Source: Octopus bimaculoides (lineage: Eukaryota). From it: a stretch of 64,000 nucleotides of DNA. Positions 26,753 through 40,159 of this stretch are shown piece by piece (within the stretch, counting starts at the first letter, position 1; every line of letters starts with the position of its first letter). The stretch spans positions 14,716,575-14,780,574 of the forward strand of contig NC_068982.1 in NCBI RefSeq assembly GCF_001194135.2, in the 5' to 3' direction. The notes beneath the pieces are model-generated. The model did no database searches and was not told where the DNA came from. It saw only the letters and a program-made list of their open reading frames with translations. The position numbers and the translations under genes are program-made.

Positions 26753-27299
26753 ATTATAGATATCTTTGATTTTGTTAGAGATCATGTCTTCAATTATATA
26801 TAACACCCACTGTAAACATATAGGATTCTTATAACAACGTAGTCCCAACAGAAAGTGAAGAGAAGTGAACTACGATTTTCTCACAAACAATAGTATTTAG
26901 CTCTTTCTAGAGTACATTCACTTCCACATGTAAAGATACAAATGATAGGTAACAACTCTCAATATAAAAGAGGTAACAAGTGTATAACAAAGAACATATT
27001 ATTCCAAGATGTTTTCACACAAAATTGCACCTTCATCTGGACGTTACACCATCTTAAGAATAAAACACTTAATATAGATACAATTTTAACAGAAATTACA
27101 TATTTTATATTTCTCTACAAACTTCTAATAATCACAGTTTTCAAAATAATCATGGAATTTCCATAGATACTGTTAGTATACATATTTTGGGATACTTTTT
27201 TACTGTTATTCTCCTGGAATCTGTCACTGGACTGCATCTGTGCTAGGGGGCTGCATTCGATGGTTATCTGTTAGTCATTCTTATCAAGTCTAGTATTTA

Positions 27300-27800
27300 T
27301 TTTATTGAATAACATTTTATATTCTTTTCCACCATGTAAATGGCTTTAGGGCATAATGTCTGAGTGCAATGAATGGGATGATGTTCTTGGAGCCAATGGC
27401 CTGCCTTATGGTTTGAAGCAACTGGGGGTATGTGAATGCACAGTCAGGAGCCTGATGAGTGAAAAGGGATAAATTTGGAAAAGATTGGTGAAGAATGTAC
27501 AGTGTGAAGTTGAATGCAAAGGAGTTGCCATTGTTGAGAAGAGGAGGAAAACAGTTGAATGACTCCTCTCTGGTTGCAGTCAAGGAAGTCACAGTGCAAA
27601 GTAGCAACAGATGTGGGAGCAATATTCTGCTGCAGGACTCCTTTGACTTTCGTAGAGTGTCAACAATTGTTGGGAGATAAAATATTTTCTGGCCTTAAAG
27701 AAAAGAGCCAGTCTATGTTAAGGGAGTGTTTTTGCCAGGAAAGATCTTCAGTCATAGTGATTCCTAGCATAGAGACAGCGATTGGTATAATTCAGTACCA
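27300..27800 (-). mobile_element. Second LINE fragment (linker and pre-RT region)
   Basis: ORF 27317-27622: FNCFPPL...FAFNFTL...FTYPQLLQTIRQAIGSKNIIPFIALRH resembles the FA.NSTL...KA.GPD.IP region upstream of RT. Confidence 0.7.
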
Positions 27801-27807
27801 CTCCTGT

Positions 27808-28830
27808 TTAGGAGGATGTGGTGCAATAGTATTTTCTTGATATGAGTAGTTCTTGATATTTTTTTTTTGTTTTTTTTTTGTTGTTAGAAGAATCAAAATT
27901 GTCATGGCCCCAATAGAGGATGCTCTCAAAGTTTCTATTCATGGAATCAGTGCAGGTTTGGTATGTGGTGTCTATGTTGCATGTGGATGATATGTGGTTG
28001 GAGAAGGTTAGAGAGGAATGAAAAGTCATATTATCTGCATAAGAGTAGGTATTGTTAGACAAGGCAAGTAGGTCATAGATGTATAGAAGGAAGGGAGTGA
28101 GGAACAAAACTGAACCCTAAGGCACACCAGGGCTGGTTGTGAATAGGACAGAAAGTGCTCCATCAACACATGCCCCAATGGCATGACCTGATGGGAAGAG
28201 AATGATTCAAGAGATGGATGGAGACTAACATACCAGACATGGCTGAAGGTTTTGTTGATGTCTCAGGCAACATCATTGCTTTTACCAAACTTCTCTAAGA
28301 TGGAAGCCCTTTCCTCTGGTGAATGACATAAAGGTAGATGCAGTAAATCTGGCTCTACTGAAGCCATAGTAATGGTCATTGCAAAAAGAAGGAAATTCAA
28401 GATGCTGGAAAACATTATTATTGTTTTTTCATCTCCATTACTGTGACAATGTAAGGAATGAACGCAATAGGACTATCATTGGATTGATCAGAGAATTGCC
28501 TTTCTTTGAAACAAACACACTGTAGCATGTTTCTATGTGTCAGGGTATATTCATGCAAAGTGAGAAATTAAAAAGTTTGGTGAGTATAGAGATGAGTTCT
28601 AAGGCACAATATCTAAGTGTGATAGATGGGTGGTTCTCAGAGCCAATGGCTTTAATGGCTTGAGGCAACTGAAAGTATTTTCACACATGGCATGTGAATT
28701 CACAGTAGAGAGCCTGGTGTGTTTAAGAGTAGAAGATGTGCTGGGTTAACTAATGATTGAAACTAGTGCAAGTGTAAGAAAAAGTAATCCAATATGAAGA
28801 TAAAGACGAGCATTAAAACAGTCAGAATTA
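27808..28830 (-). mobile_element. Degraded non-LTR retrotransposon (I/Jockey/CR1-like) reverse transcriptase fragment
   Basis: Minus strand gives GVP*GSVLFLTPFLLYIYDL and YSYADNMT (the PQGSVL and YADD motifs), with an upstream decayed pre-RT region. Many stops and frameshifts. Confidence 0.85.
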
Positions 28831-30629
28831 TGACAATGGTGATGATGATGATGGCGATGATCATGATCATGATCATGATCATGATGAAAATGCCAGTGTA
28901 AATAACCTACATAAGCACTAACTATTTTGTAAAAGATACAGATAAAGAATTGTGTGACACTATCAAAGTTCTAAATTCCCAAATAGGTGTCTTACTGATA
29001 GCATGTGTTGCTTGCAAATGATTACTTTTGTTCTTTTTGATTTTTTTCTTTGTTTGTTTTTTCCCTTTCGTTGACATTGTTGATAAGGAAACGTGTACTC
29101 ATAAACTGTGAAAAGGTTAATGAGGGTGAATTGCAAATAGCATTCTTAATCAATAAATTAAAACATGATGTGACTGGAACACTCACTGATTAAAACATAT
29201 CTGTCCCAAAAGGCATTTTGCACAATACAACTGTCTTAGCTCATACATAATTCTAACAGATTATAATGTCTTGTTCAAGAGCATCTCTCACCTAGTCTAA
29301 TACCACCAACTGGCCTTTGGATGTCTCTCACGGAGTTCAGTCTTTTGGCAAGCATTTGAGCCAGATTCCCTGTTTGGTTATATCTGCTTCTCTTCATCCA
29401 ACTAGTCAAGGACGCTTTGTAAAATGTCATAAATGTTGCTTTTCTTCCTCCGAACCAAATTATTAGAAAGGGGAAGAGAAGGATGCAGATTAATTCTACA
29501 TTCTGAGGAAGATGTGACTTACCTTACTTTTTGTATAAATGATCAACTTGATAAGGATTAATAGGCAACTAAACAAAGATGTTTTGTGCTATCTAACATT
29601 GATATGATTTTAAATCACACAAGAAAGTATCATATTTTTGTAGGCTATCAGGTTTGATAAAACATGTATCAGTAAGAAACTAAAGGTATAAGAGTGGTAG
29701 GTAGGATGATACAATAAAATAGACACTCTTGGAGTGGTTGGTGTTAGGAAGAGCATCCAGCTGTAGAAACTGCCAGACCAGTCCTCAGTCAAATCATCCA
29801 ACTCATGCTAGCATGGAAAGCGGACGTTAAACGATGATGATGATGATGATATGATGGGCTTCTTTCAGATTCCGCCTACCAAATCCACTCACAACGCTTT
29901 GGTTGGCTTGATGCTATAGTAGAAGACACTTGCCCAAGTTGCCATACAGTGGGACTGAACTCAGAACCATGTACTTCATAAGCAAGCTACTTACCACACA
30001 GATGCTCCTGCACCTATTGTTTACTAATGTGACAAATATAAACTAAAAAACAAAATCGCAAGACTAAAAATGAACTGAAAATATATTTCTTTAAACAGTA
30101 TCAAAAAAAATTCCCCTCCATTTTCTGTTAATCTTTCTCCTCTCACTTTCCCTCTCCCTCCCTCTCCCTCTCTCTCTCTCTCTAACTCATCCTTCCTCTC
30201 TCACTATTCATATTCTCCAGTTTTTCAACCTCCGCCTCCAAATCTATTAATATCATCTATTTATAAAATCTGGAAACTCAAATAATATTGCCGTTGCTAT
30301 TGTTTCATTGCACAAATGTATATATATTCTACAACACACCACAATGAAATTATCAATAATGTCCTCCAGCTATACATCATTCATGATGACAGCTTCGGTT
30401 ATAGTTTCATTTTAAGTGTTACAACAAAAACTCTTATTGTTAAATTCATTATGGAAATTCACAATTCTTATCTCAAAGGAATTTTGATTGAAAGTATTGA
30501 ATAAAAATACAGAAATTCTGCAAAAAAAAAAAAGGAAACGTTCTAAATCTAAATTATTTAAAATAAATCATCATCACCATTATCATCATCATCATCATCA
30601 TCATCAACATCAGCAGCAGTAGGAAGAAA

Positions 30630-30666
<37 letters not shown>

Positions 30667-30956
30667 GTGCATGTCTATATACATACATATAAACATATAT
30701 ATATATATATTTATGTAATTTTCACTTGTCTTGCCCATATACGTTTTGTTGCTTCGCTAAATTTTCTTTGAGAACAATTCAGTCTTAGTAGAAGCATTAC
30801 ATATGATCTTCTTCTAGCATATTAACAGTCCACCTAGTGGTCTCCTTTATATATATATATATATATATATATNNNNNNNNNNTTGAATTTCTTTCCATAC
30901 AAGATGCTGGCCATTCAAGAATTGAAGACTATGGATCATGCTAAAAGGCTTCATTA

Positions 30957-31565
30957 TTGTTATTGGTTCCAAAACTTTGTTTTTACACCAATGAGACTTG
31001 GTTTCATATCTCGGGAAACATAAATTCGCAAAACACAAGGTTACGGAGCACTGAGAATCCACACGTGATGCATGAGCAGCCTCTGCATCCCGAAAAAGTT
31101 CGAGTATGGATAGCAATTTCAAGAAAGCGTATTGTGGGACCAATATTTTTTGAAGACACCATCAACACCGAAAGATATTGCTCAAATATTGTCTCTCCAT
31201 TTGTAGGCCAACTCACTGAAAGTGAAATTAATAATGCATACTTTCAGCCAGATGGAGCTACAGCACATACTTCACGCATCACCATGGCGCTACTTCAAGA
31301 GTTTTTTGATGAACGGATTATTTCGAAGGGACTTTGGTCACCAAGATCACCTGATTTAACATCACCAGACATTTTTTTCTGGGGAGCAAGTAAAGGATCA
31401 GTGTACAAGAATTGCCTGGAAACCATTAATGAGCGAAAAGATACAATCATAACCTTGACATGGTCCATACTGCGTCAGACTCTCCAAAATGTATTTCAAA
31501 ACATGTGTAGAAGAGTCAGCTTATGTATTGAAAATGAAGGACGACACTTTCAACACCTCTTATAA
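30957..31565 (+). mobile_element. Tc1/mariner-superfamily transposase, catalytic-domain relic (5' part lost at the N-gap)
   Basis: 202-aa ORF with ETWFHISG.INSQN, VWIAIS...IVGPIFFE, YFQPDGATAH and WSPRSPDLTSPDIFFWG motifs. The first catalytic Asp appears as Asn (YTNET), and 33 residues lie between D2 and D3. Confidence 0.92.
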
Positions 31566-31660
31566 AGTTTTTCTAAAGTCATGTAAAGTCTAATATATTC
31601 TTTTGTAATCTTATACCATCTTATAAATATTTATTTTGCAATAAAATACTTACTGCGGAG

Positions 31661-31681
31661 AGACTTTTTGAACACCCTGTA
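31661..31681 (+). mobile_element. Right terminal inverted repeat of the mariner element plus TA target dinucleotide
   Basis: agactttttgaacaccctg|ta is the reverse complement of CAGGGTGTTCAAAAAGTCT, a typical Tc1/mariner TIR start, about 100 bp after the transposase stop. Confidence 0.8.
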
Positions 31682-31936
31682 TATGTAAGTACATACTCAC
31701 ACACACACACACACATATATGTATATATCCATGTGTGTGTGTATATGTATATATATATATTATTACTAATTACAATCTAAATGGGAGGATCTTTCAAGGC
31801 TAATAATGTAGTATTTGTTCTAAAAACACATCCACGTTAAGCTGGATATAAAGATTACATATATATATATATATCGTTTAACGTCCGCTTTCCATGCTAG
31901 CATGGGTTGGACATATATATATATTAAGGATCAGGA

Positions 31937-32150
31937 GTAAGGCCAGAACAATGTGAAGTAAATACAAGGCAAATCCCAAGAAAACAAATATATGAATTAA
32001 TGTAGACTTACCTTGCATTCAATATTCGTCAGTTTCTTGAAAATGGGGTCATAACCCCGAAATATTGATTGTAAGGTAAGTCTACATTAATTCATATATT
32101 TGTTTTCTTGTGATTTGTCTTGCATTTACTTCGCATTGTTCTGGGCTTAC
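31937..32150. repeat. Fold-back element (arms about 78 bp) with a decayed hammerhead-like loop
   Basis: agaaaacaaatatatgaattaatgtagacttacctt / aaggtaagtctacattaattcatatatttgttttct; loop contains ttgaaaa-tgggg-tcataa-cccc-gaaa-tatt. Confidence 0.85.
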
Positions 32151-34084
32151 CCACAATCCTTTATACAATATATTCTACACAATGCTGCATAGTAATTATT
32201 CCATTATATATATATATATATATATNNNNNNNNNNNNNNNNNNNNNNNNNNNNNNNNNNNNNNNNNNNNNNNNNNNNNNNNNNNNNNNNNNNNNNNNNNN
32301 NNNNNNNNNNNNNNNNNNNNNNNNNNNNNNNNNNNNNNNNNNNNNNNNNNNNNNNNNNNNNNNNNNNNNNNNNNNNNNNNNNNNNNNNNNNNNNNNNNNN
32401 NNNNNNNNNNNNNNNNNNNNNNNNNNNNNNNNATATATATTACCTATATAGTGTATAGTTTCTTTAGTCTACCTTTTTTATGGTTGTCAAAAGTGAGAAA
32501 TGTTTTGTGTTCCAGTCAATACCTTCAAATATGTGTCTTAGTTTTGGCTCCTTTCTCAACAAGCTAATGAACCTTTAATTCTCTAAAGCCATCTGTAAAA
32601 CATGAAAGCAAAAATGGGTGCTGGTATAGCTGTGTGGTTTAGAAATTCACAGTCATGTGCAGAGAATCTTGGAAAAGTGTCTTCTGCTGTAGTCTGAAGT
32701 CAAGCAAAGCTTTGTGAATGAGATTTAGCAGACAAACTATTTTGGAAGCCTACCAAATAGAATTACATCTAGTTTAAACAAACAAAAATATCTTTCAAGC
32801 TTGATATAAATAGGAATTACCAAAGGACTTCCAGAAATAAAAATAGTTTCTCTCTCTTGTAGTGTTGCGAGAAATAATAACCTTAATTCCTCTCTAGTCT
32901 GTATCAATTCTTATTTAAAGTTCCTGCCTTCCAAAATGAGTCACCAGTGATGTTTCCTTCAGAATTCATTTTTGCTTTTAGCCTAGTTTCTTTAGCTGTA
33001 TGTCCTTCATATCACCAACCACCTTACAGAGTGTACTAAATGTATTTTACTATATCACAGTAACTTTTTTCACTGGCTTCTATATGACTATATTGTTGTT
33101 GAAGTAGTCAATTAGCCAGAGGTTGACTCTAATTGAGCAAACCTATGATCAAATGTAATCAATTATGACCATCTCATGTCTTTCTTTTTTTTATTTAGGC
33201 ACAGACTGGATTGGATTGCCTAAGTTTAGTTCACTGTAGGACAGGGGTCTCAACATATTCTCTCCATCAACCACAGTCTGATGTGCAGGCCATGACTTTG
33301 AGCATGAGATCATACTGATTTGATGAGCCTACTCTGCTACACTGGCTCAATATGGCTTGGAAGAAGGGTGCAGTTTTTTATACTTTTACCCAGGAGTAGT
33401 CAAGTCAATTACATTGACTCCAATGCTCAGCTGGTACTTATTTTATCAACCCCGACATAGTGCCCCCTAGATTACTTTGAGTATGATTTGAAGGAGATTT
33501 ATCTGCCATTTCTAGAAGGTTAAACAACTACATGTAAGTTCTCTCATGGGTTAATTTTTATTATATAATCACATGGATAAGTAATACTCTGATTAAATTC
33601 CTACCCTTTAATTCTGGACATATCATCTTTGTAGACTTCTTTTAAATATTAATGAATTCTTCTCTACTATAAACAATTATAATTACAAATCTTCCTATTC
33701 CTATAAAACCACAATATATTCTTCTCTCTCGTTCCAATTTTAATTATCATCCTTTGTGACTTTAATAGCTCTCAATTAACTTTTACTTAAGAATCTCCAG
33801 TATATTTCTCAATGGGCTTCCAAGTGTCTGATAACATTCAGAAAACTTTCCTAAAGATCACATCTCTTCTGTTTTGCTTAAGAATAAAATTCTCAACTAA
33901 ATGGCTCAACATGTGTATTTAACCAAATTCAATGACTTCTGTGAGAAAGTCCCTATTGCCCTGTAGCAGGGAGTTTAGTCATTTTTCTCAGATCCCAAAA
34001 ACAATTATCAAGATTTTTAAAACTTTAGCCATGGTCCACCACAGATTACTGCCTCAACTTCTTCCATCTGATATCAGATGGGTG

Positions 34085-34450
34085 TTTGATAAGAAGTTTT
34101 CTTCCCAACCACATGGTTCCAGGTTCAGTCCCACTGCATGGCACCTTGGGCAAGTGTCTTCTACTATAACCTCGAGCCAACCAAAGCTTTGTGAGTGGAT
34201 TTGGTAGACGAATACTGAAAGAAGCCCATCATGTGTGTGTGTGCATGTGTCTTTGTCTGTCCCCGCCATCACTACATGTCAACCAGTGTCGGTGTGTTAC
34301 CATCCCTGTAACTTAGTAGTTTGGCAAAAGTGACCAATAGAATAAGTACCAGGTTTAACAAAAATAAAAGCACTGGGGTCGAATCATTCAACTAAAATTC
34401 CTCAAGGCAGTACCCTAGCATGGCCACAGTCTAATGACTGAAACAAGTGC
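34085..34450 (+). mobile_element. SINE family A, full copy
   Basis: Same head, core and tail as 12228-12676. Confidence 0.85.
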
Positions 34451-35255
34451 AAAAAAAACCCACAAAAAAGACATATTCCAGCTGTCACAAACTATCTTCA
34501 ATCACTGAATCATACCTCTTCATTTTCTACTCTATCTATTCCTCCACCATACGATCATAGTAGTCTGTTCTATATAGTAGTCTGTTCTATATACACAAGC
34601 TTATTTATTTTCAAAAGGTAGCAGTGACTTCTAATATTCACCACAACAAGCTTAGTAGCTCAGCTTATGTTTGTTTTATATAATTATAAAAACTTGTATT
34701 GATAAATATACATACACATAAATACTTCCATAAAACTTGAAGGAAACAGTTTGGCTTCTCTCTTATACTTAGACTTACATAATTCTGGGAACTCAATGAC
34801 TATCTATCTCTCTCTCCAAGAATTTAACTTATATTTCTAAGTAAACGCACGCTCATTACCATTCAAGTGGAGTGGAAGAGGAGGGGAATTCAATGTCATG
34901 AACTTTGAATTTTTTGGTCATAAAATCTCAGGTGCATTCTTAAAAGATAAAATGTAAAAGTAATTATTTATAGGTAACATAATTTAATTATTTTTAGATC
35001 GAGTCATTATTGATAAAACTGAAAATTTAAAAGTTTGAGGCAAATGAGACTTAAGAGGGTTTAGACATGATTTTCCAGTCTATTCTAATGACATGTATTA
35101 AACTTATCTTCACTTTCTATTGTGTTAAACAATTATAGATAAATCTTGCTTTGAGCAAAAGATATGTAAACTGCCTGTGAAATTAAAAACAAGTGAAAAC
35201 TAAAGCAAAGAAAAACTCATCTCCCAAATAGGTAAAGAGAGAGACAAAATCAAAT

Positions 35256-35500
35256 GCGCCCTTTTAAAGCCTAGTCAGGCTCGTGGGCCCGGTTTCCCGG
35301 TTTCAATGGAATACATGTTCCCCAGCTGGACAGGACACCAGTCCATCGCAGCGTTATTCATTTTTTCCAGCTGAGCGAACTGGAGCAACGTGAAATGAAG
35401 TGTTTTGCACAAAAACACAAAGCGTCGCCCGGGGCAGGAATCGAAACCACAATCTTACGATCATGATGCTGACACCCTAACCACTAGGCCACGTGCCTCC
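35256..35500 (-). mobile_element. tRNA-derived CORE-type SINE, little decayed
   Basis: Minus strand A-box tggcctagtgg, B-box ggtttcgattcc, CORE-like ttgtgtttttgtgcaaaacacttcatttcacgttgctccag. Confidence 0.8.
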
Positions 35501-35679
35501 ACAAAGAGAGAGACGGCTAGAGTTAATTGTCTTGCTCTAAGAATGTAATACCCAAGACTGAATACAGACTCACAGATTCTACCTCTGACAGCATCAAATG
35601 TAAACGTTGACATCAATAAAATCATTTTCAGTGCCATAAGAGAATTAAGAATAGCTACCTTCAAAAATGCAGAAACTGG

Positions 35680-35960
35680 TGGAATTTTGGAAAAGGGTTA
35701 ATATGTCAACATAGCAAAGGTTACTATGCTAGTTAGTAGGAGGAAGTGGTCTTGTTTGAAATGTAGAAATGTGTACTAAGTACTCAGTGGAATGCTAACA
35801 AACATACACACAAAAAAACGTAAAGCAAGGACTGAAAGATGTCTAGTCTGCTGGTGGTCTGTCCCTGAGTAGTCCTGTGCATGTGAATCTTCTCCAGTAC
35901 TCACTATGCGACCTAGGAGGACACGTACACTCCTCTGCAGAGCATTGAATAGATTACTGG
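35680..35960 (+). mobile_element. RTE-clade LINE remnant (post-RT, Cys-rich)
   Basis: Decayed KGL.VNIAK.TMLVSRRKWSC..CR motif; heavily mutated. Confidence 0.4.
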
Positions 35961-36008
35961 AACTTCAGCTACCATGACTAAACTTCAGCTACCATGACTA
36001 AACTTCAG
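35961..36008 (+). repeat. 20-bp tandem repeat, about 2.4 copies
   Basis: aacttcagctaccatgacta twice, plus aacttcag. Confidence 0.9.
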
Positions 36009-36529
36009 ATGGATACTGCAGTGGTTTCCTATTACCCTCTCCAGGCAGGTGGAATTTGAACTCAGAATGTAGAGAGCTGGAAGATATACCGTAAAGCATT
36101 TCTTATGTCATTACTGCCCACAAGGGGCTACACACAGAGTGGACAAACAAGGACAGACAAACGGATTTAGTCGATTATATCAATCCCAGTGCATAACTGG
36201 TACTTATACCATAAAGCATTTCTGTCAATGCATCAACAATTCTGCCACTCGCCCACTTGCGAAGCAGCATGAGATGAATTGTTTTGCCAGGTTTTGGATT
36301 TGAACCCACAATCTAGCTACCATGAGTGCAACATCCTAAATAAACATTAGGCCAGATGCTTTCACATGGAGTAATTACCTGTAGAAGAACCCATGAAATG
36401 AAGGTAACAAATTGTTCAGATACTTCACTAGACATACTTACTAGTTTCTTTTACTTAAGTGTTGTATTTAAAGTAAAGATTAGATATTTCTGGCTTCTGT
36501 TAACAGCAAAAATGTTTCAACCAATGAGG

Positions 36530-36735
36530 GAACATCTACGTAACCATTAGACGTGCTAGAAAGAGTAGCAAAATATCTCTCATATTGTAATGCCATCTTA
36601 AAAAGGAGAAGCTCAAAGATTATGGAATCCGAGGTACACTGCAAGAAAATATATGCATAAGACGGTCAAAGCCGGAATGCCCATGATCATAGGTGTGGTA
36701 GATCATAGTTAACCTGGGGCTAAATAATATCAATT
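36530..36735 (+). repeat. Unclassified interspersed repeat family E
   Basis: tgctagaaa(t)agcagc(c)aaat...gatcatagg(t)...tagatca...ctggggctaaa recurs at about 3715-3885(-), 15058-15235(-), 45725-46010(-), 48905-49095(+), 50735-50900(+), 58570-58725(+). Confidence 0.65.
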
Positions 36736-38494
36736 ATATAGGCAAATTGTATGAAGCGATTGTAAGTAATGGGATACTATATGATGGTGAGCTATAGGTA
36801 TTGATTGTAGATGTACAGAACTGGAGAGAAGTTAAGTGAATATGATCAGTTAGACATGTAATGTTAACCTTTATGAAAGGTGGAATAAAAGTAAGGTGAG
36901 GAAGAACAAAAAGGTATTGAAGAAATCAGCTGTAATGCACAGTGATGTGTTGTGAAGATTAGAGATATTGCAATAATTGTTTTAAAGATCCTGGTAAACC
37001 AAGTTTGCAATCTGATTTCAGTTCCCAATTGGAGCCATTTAATTCCACTTCCTTCTCGAAAACTACTCTGAAAGAATATCACGTAATTATATTTCCCCTA
37101 AAAATGTGAAGCATATCTAAGAAACGAATCAATATGATTGTGTTTCTGTAGTGTGAATTTCTAAGTAATTGTCTGTGGATGACACATTGAATAACTTCTA
37201 TGTGGCACTTGTATAAATGAATTAATCGTTTTACACTGTTCATTTATCCTGTTAATTTTAGTTTTGATAATCATGTTATATCAACTTCCTAAACTCTACA
37301 ATAGTAGGAAAAGGATTACTAAATATTTACGAAAAACTGATCAAAGCAACTATTTTATAACTATTAGATATTAATTGATCTATTTGTACTGATTTGTAAA
37401 CATGAGAAACATTGAACTATTTCTGATAATGAAGGAGATGGGTCTGCACTTTGTTTTCATTCTACAAGAAACCTATCAGTATTGATTTGAAAATCGTTAG
37501 ATGTTCTCCAGCTATAAATAGTTTTATTTGATATAAGTAGTTTTGACCAGCCTGCCAAAAACAATTTACTAAAAATCATAAAAATAGTAAAGCTTAGAGT
37601 TAATACACCTGAAAATTTCCCATATGAATATATATCCTTTAAGGAAGGAAAATCTCTAGATCATAAATCCACAGATGAAGAAAATAAATAGTTTGATTAT
37701 TTACAATTTGTTATGTATTAAATATCTAAGCATGGAGAAGTAAAGAGAAGACAGCGCAAGGAAGGAAAAAGTGAATCAAAATGCACTCATTGTGAACTGT
37801 CTATAGAAGTTCACTCTTAGATTTAATATAAATTAAATAATACTGTGAACAAGCCTAAATTAATTATGCATTAATTATTTATAGGAAATGTATTTTCAAA
37901 GCTATTTCAGTAAACAAATATTTTTCCAATATGATTCACGAAGTAGGAGAGTAAAATGCAAAAACATGTTCCAGAAAATATGTTTACATCTTATTTCTAA
38001 ATATGAGGTTAATTAGCAAAAACACAATTCAATCTTCATAGTACTTGTTAATACTTTATTAATGTAATTTTTTCTACTATAGGTGCAAGGCTGGAAATTT
38101 TGGAGGTGGTTGGTGTTAGTCAGTTAGATCAACCCCAGTGCTCAAATGGCACTTATTTTATCAACCCTGAAAGGATGAAAGGCAAAGCTGACTTTGTTGT
38201 AACTTGAACTTGGAATGTAAGGATTGAAGAAATGCTGCTAATGATTCTGCCAGTTTGCTACCTTCATACTTTACTAATATAACAATGGAAAAAAACTAGA
38301 TAACTAATGAAAGATAAAAATAGGAAATTAATAAAAGGATTAAGAATTTTTCATCTGCAATGGCTTGGAACTGTTTTGAATAGCAATGATCTACGTGTCT
38401 GTCAAAAGTTACCATAGGGATAACTGGCTAAAGTCGAAGCATTTTCAACAATTTCACTTTTTGATTCTTCCAAATTAGCTTTTACTTTTTATCA

Positions 38495-38719
38495 TTAGAC
38501 ATAGCTAATGGAAATGGTGCAGAGGTTGAAACACTGCAGTTGAGTGAATGGAGGGTAAATAGGGATAGGAAAGGAGTTCCACAAGAATACTGTCCCCAGG
38601 ATGAAGATCTTAGAAAATATGTCTAACAGGTGAGGTAAAACAGAATGAGAGAATGAAAAGATAAGTAAGGCACAAGGAAGTTTCATACAAGAAGTATGGA
38701 GCAGGAGGGTCTGATACAA
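38495..38719 (-). mobile_element. Degraded LINE 3' end
   Basis: FSFSHSVLPHLL...FILGTVFLWNSFPIPIYPP..QLQCFN, the same C-terminal LINE motif as 15330-15950. Confidence 0.6.
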
Positions 38720-39069
38720 TAAAGATACACCATTTTAATGAAAGGGTATCATTTTTAATGAAACTTTGGGGAGGAATAATAACCAAAATTGTTAATACAA
38801 CAAACTTTTTGGCTCATAGTAGGTTGTGGTGTGGCTTATTTTCTATGTCATATCAGATACTGTGCCGTGTCCTTCAGAATAAATACCTAATTCTACTTAA
38901 CCTGCAGCTGCTACTGTACACTTTGTTGAATCACAATGGTGAAAGTCAAGTGTGGAGAACTTATAGTTGGCCAGCTGTTCAAGTATCCTATTCTAGTACC
39001 ATAACTAAAATGCTGAAGACATATACATAAATTTCTATATATACATACATGCCTGTACACATATGTGTA

Positions 39070-39132
<63 letters not shown>

Positions 39133-39286
39133 NNNNNNNNNNNNNNNNNNNNNNNNNNNNNNNNNNNNNNNNNNNNNNNNNNNNNNNNNNNNNNNNNNNN
39201 NNNNNNNNNNNNNNNNNNNNNNNNNNNNNNNNNNNNNNNNNNNNNNNNNNNNNNNNNNNNNNNNNNNNNNNNNNNNNNNNNNNNNN

Positions 39287-39342
<56 letters not shown>

Positions 39343-40023
39343 CATTCAGCATTACAGCTAAATAACAAATGTTATGCAGATACTGAAACATAATGAAAAG
39401 TATTGTAGAAATAACAGAATTTCTGAAAATTATAGAAACAAAATGTTCATCTTTTGATGAATTCCAGATTAGGAGAAATATTTAAAAATTTTTGATTGCT
39501 CATTTACCTACAAGAAAAATTAACAGCTTTATTAAAAGCTGAAGGAGAAAAAAATTCTCCTATTAAGTTATATTCATGTAATGTTTGAAAAGTAAGTTAT
39601 TTTGGCAAAAGTATGTACAAATAAATACATACATACATATACATATACAAATATGCATGTAAGTACATACACACACNNNNNNNNNNTATATATAAACAGT
39701 GGCACCTTGGTTTATGTATGCCTCTCATCACAAACAAAATCAGTTTATTAACAATTTTTTGAACATAAAATGTCTTGGCTGACGAATGAAGTCTTGAAGA
39801 ACGAATATGCAAGCCAGCAACAACATTTGGTGACAAACTGAGAGTATATCAGCAAGAGAGTGTCAGTTCCTGTCTATCTTTTTGTTCTGTGCATAACCTT
39901 ACTCAAATTTGTTGTAACCTTCCCTTGAATTTCTTACAGGAAAAATAGTTTTGGCTTAGGAACATTCCAGGTGATGAACAGCCTTGAGGAATGAATTAAA
40001 TTTGTCAATTTGTTCCATTGTAC

Positions 40024-40054
<31 letters not shown>

Positions 40055-40127
40055 CATATGTATGTATGTATGTATGTATGTACGTACGTATGTATGTATG
40101 TATGTATGTATGTATGTATGTATGTAT

Positions 40128-40159
<32 letters not shown>

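Noticed and set aside
39690-39870. Tigger/pogo-like terminal remnant
   Set aside because: Only vague similarity to recalled termini; no second TIR.
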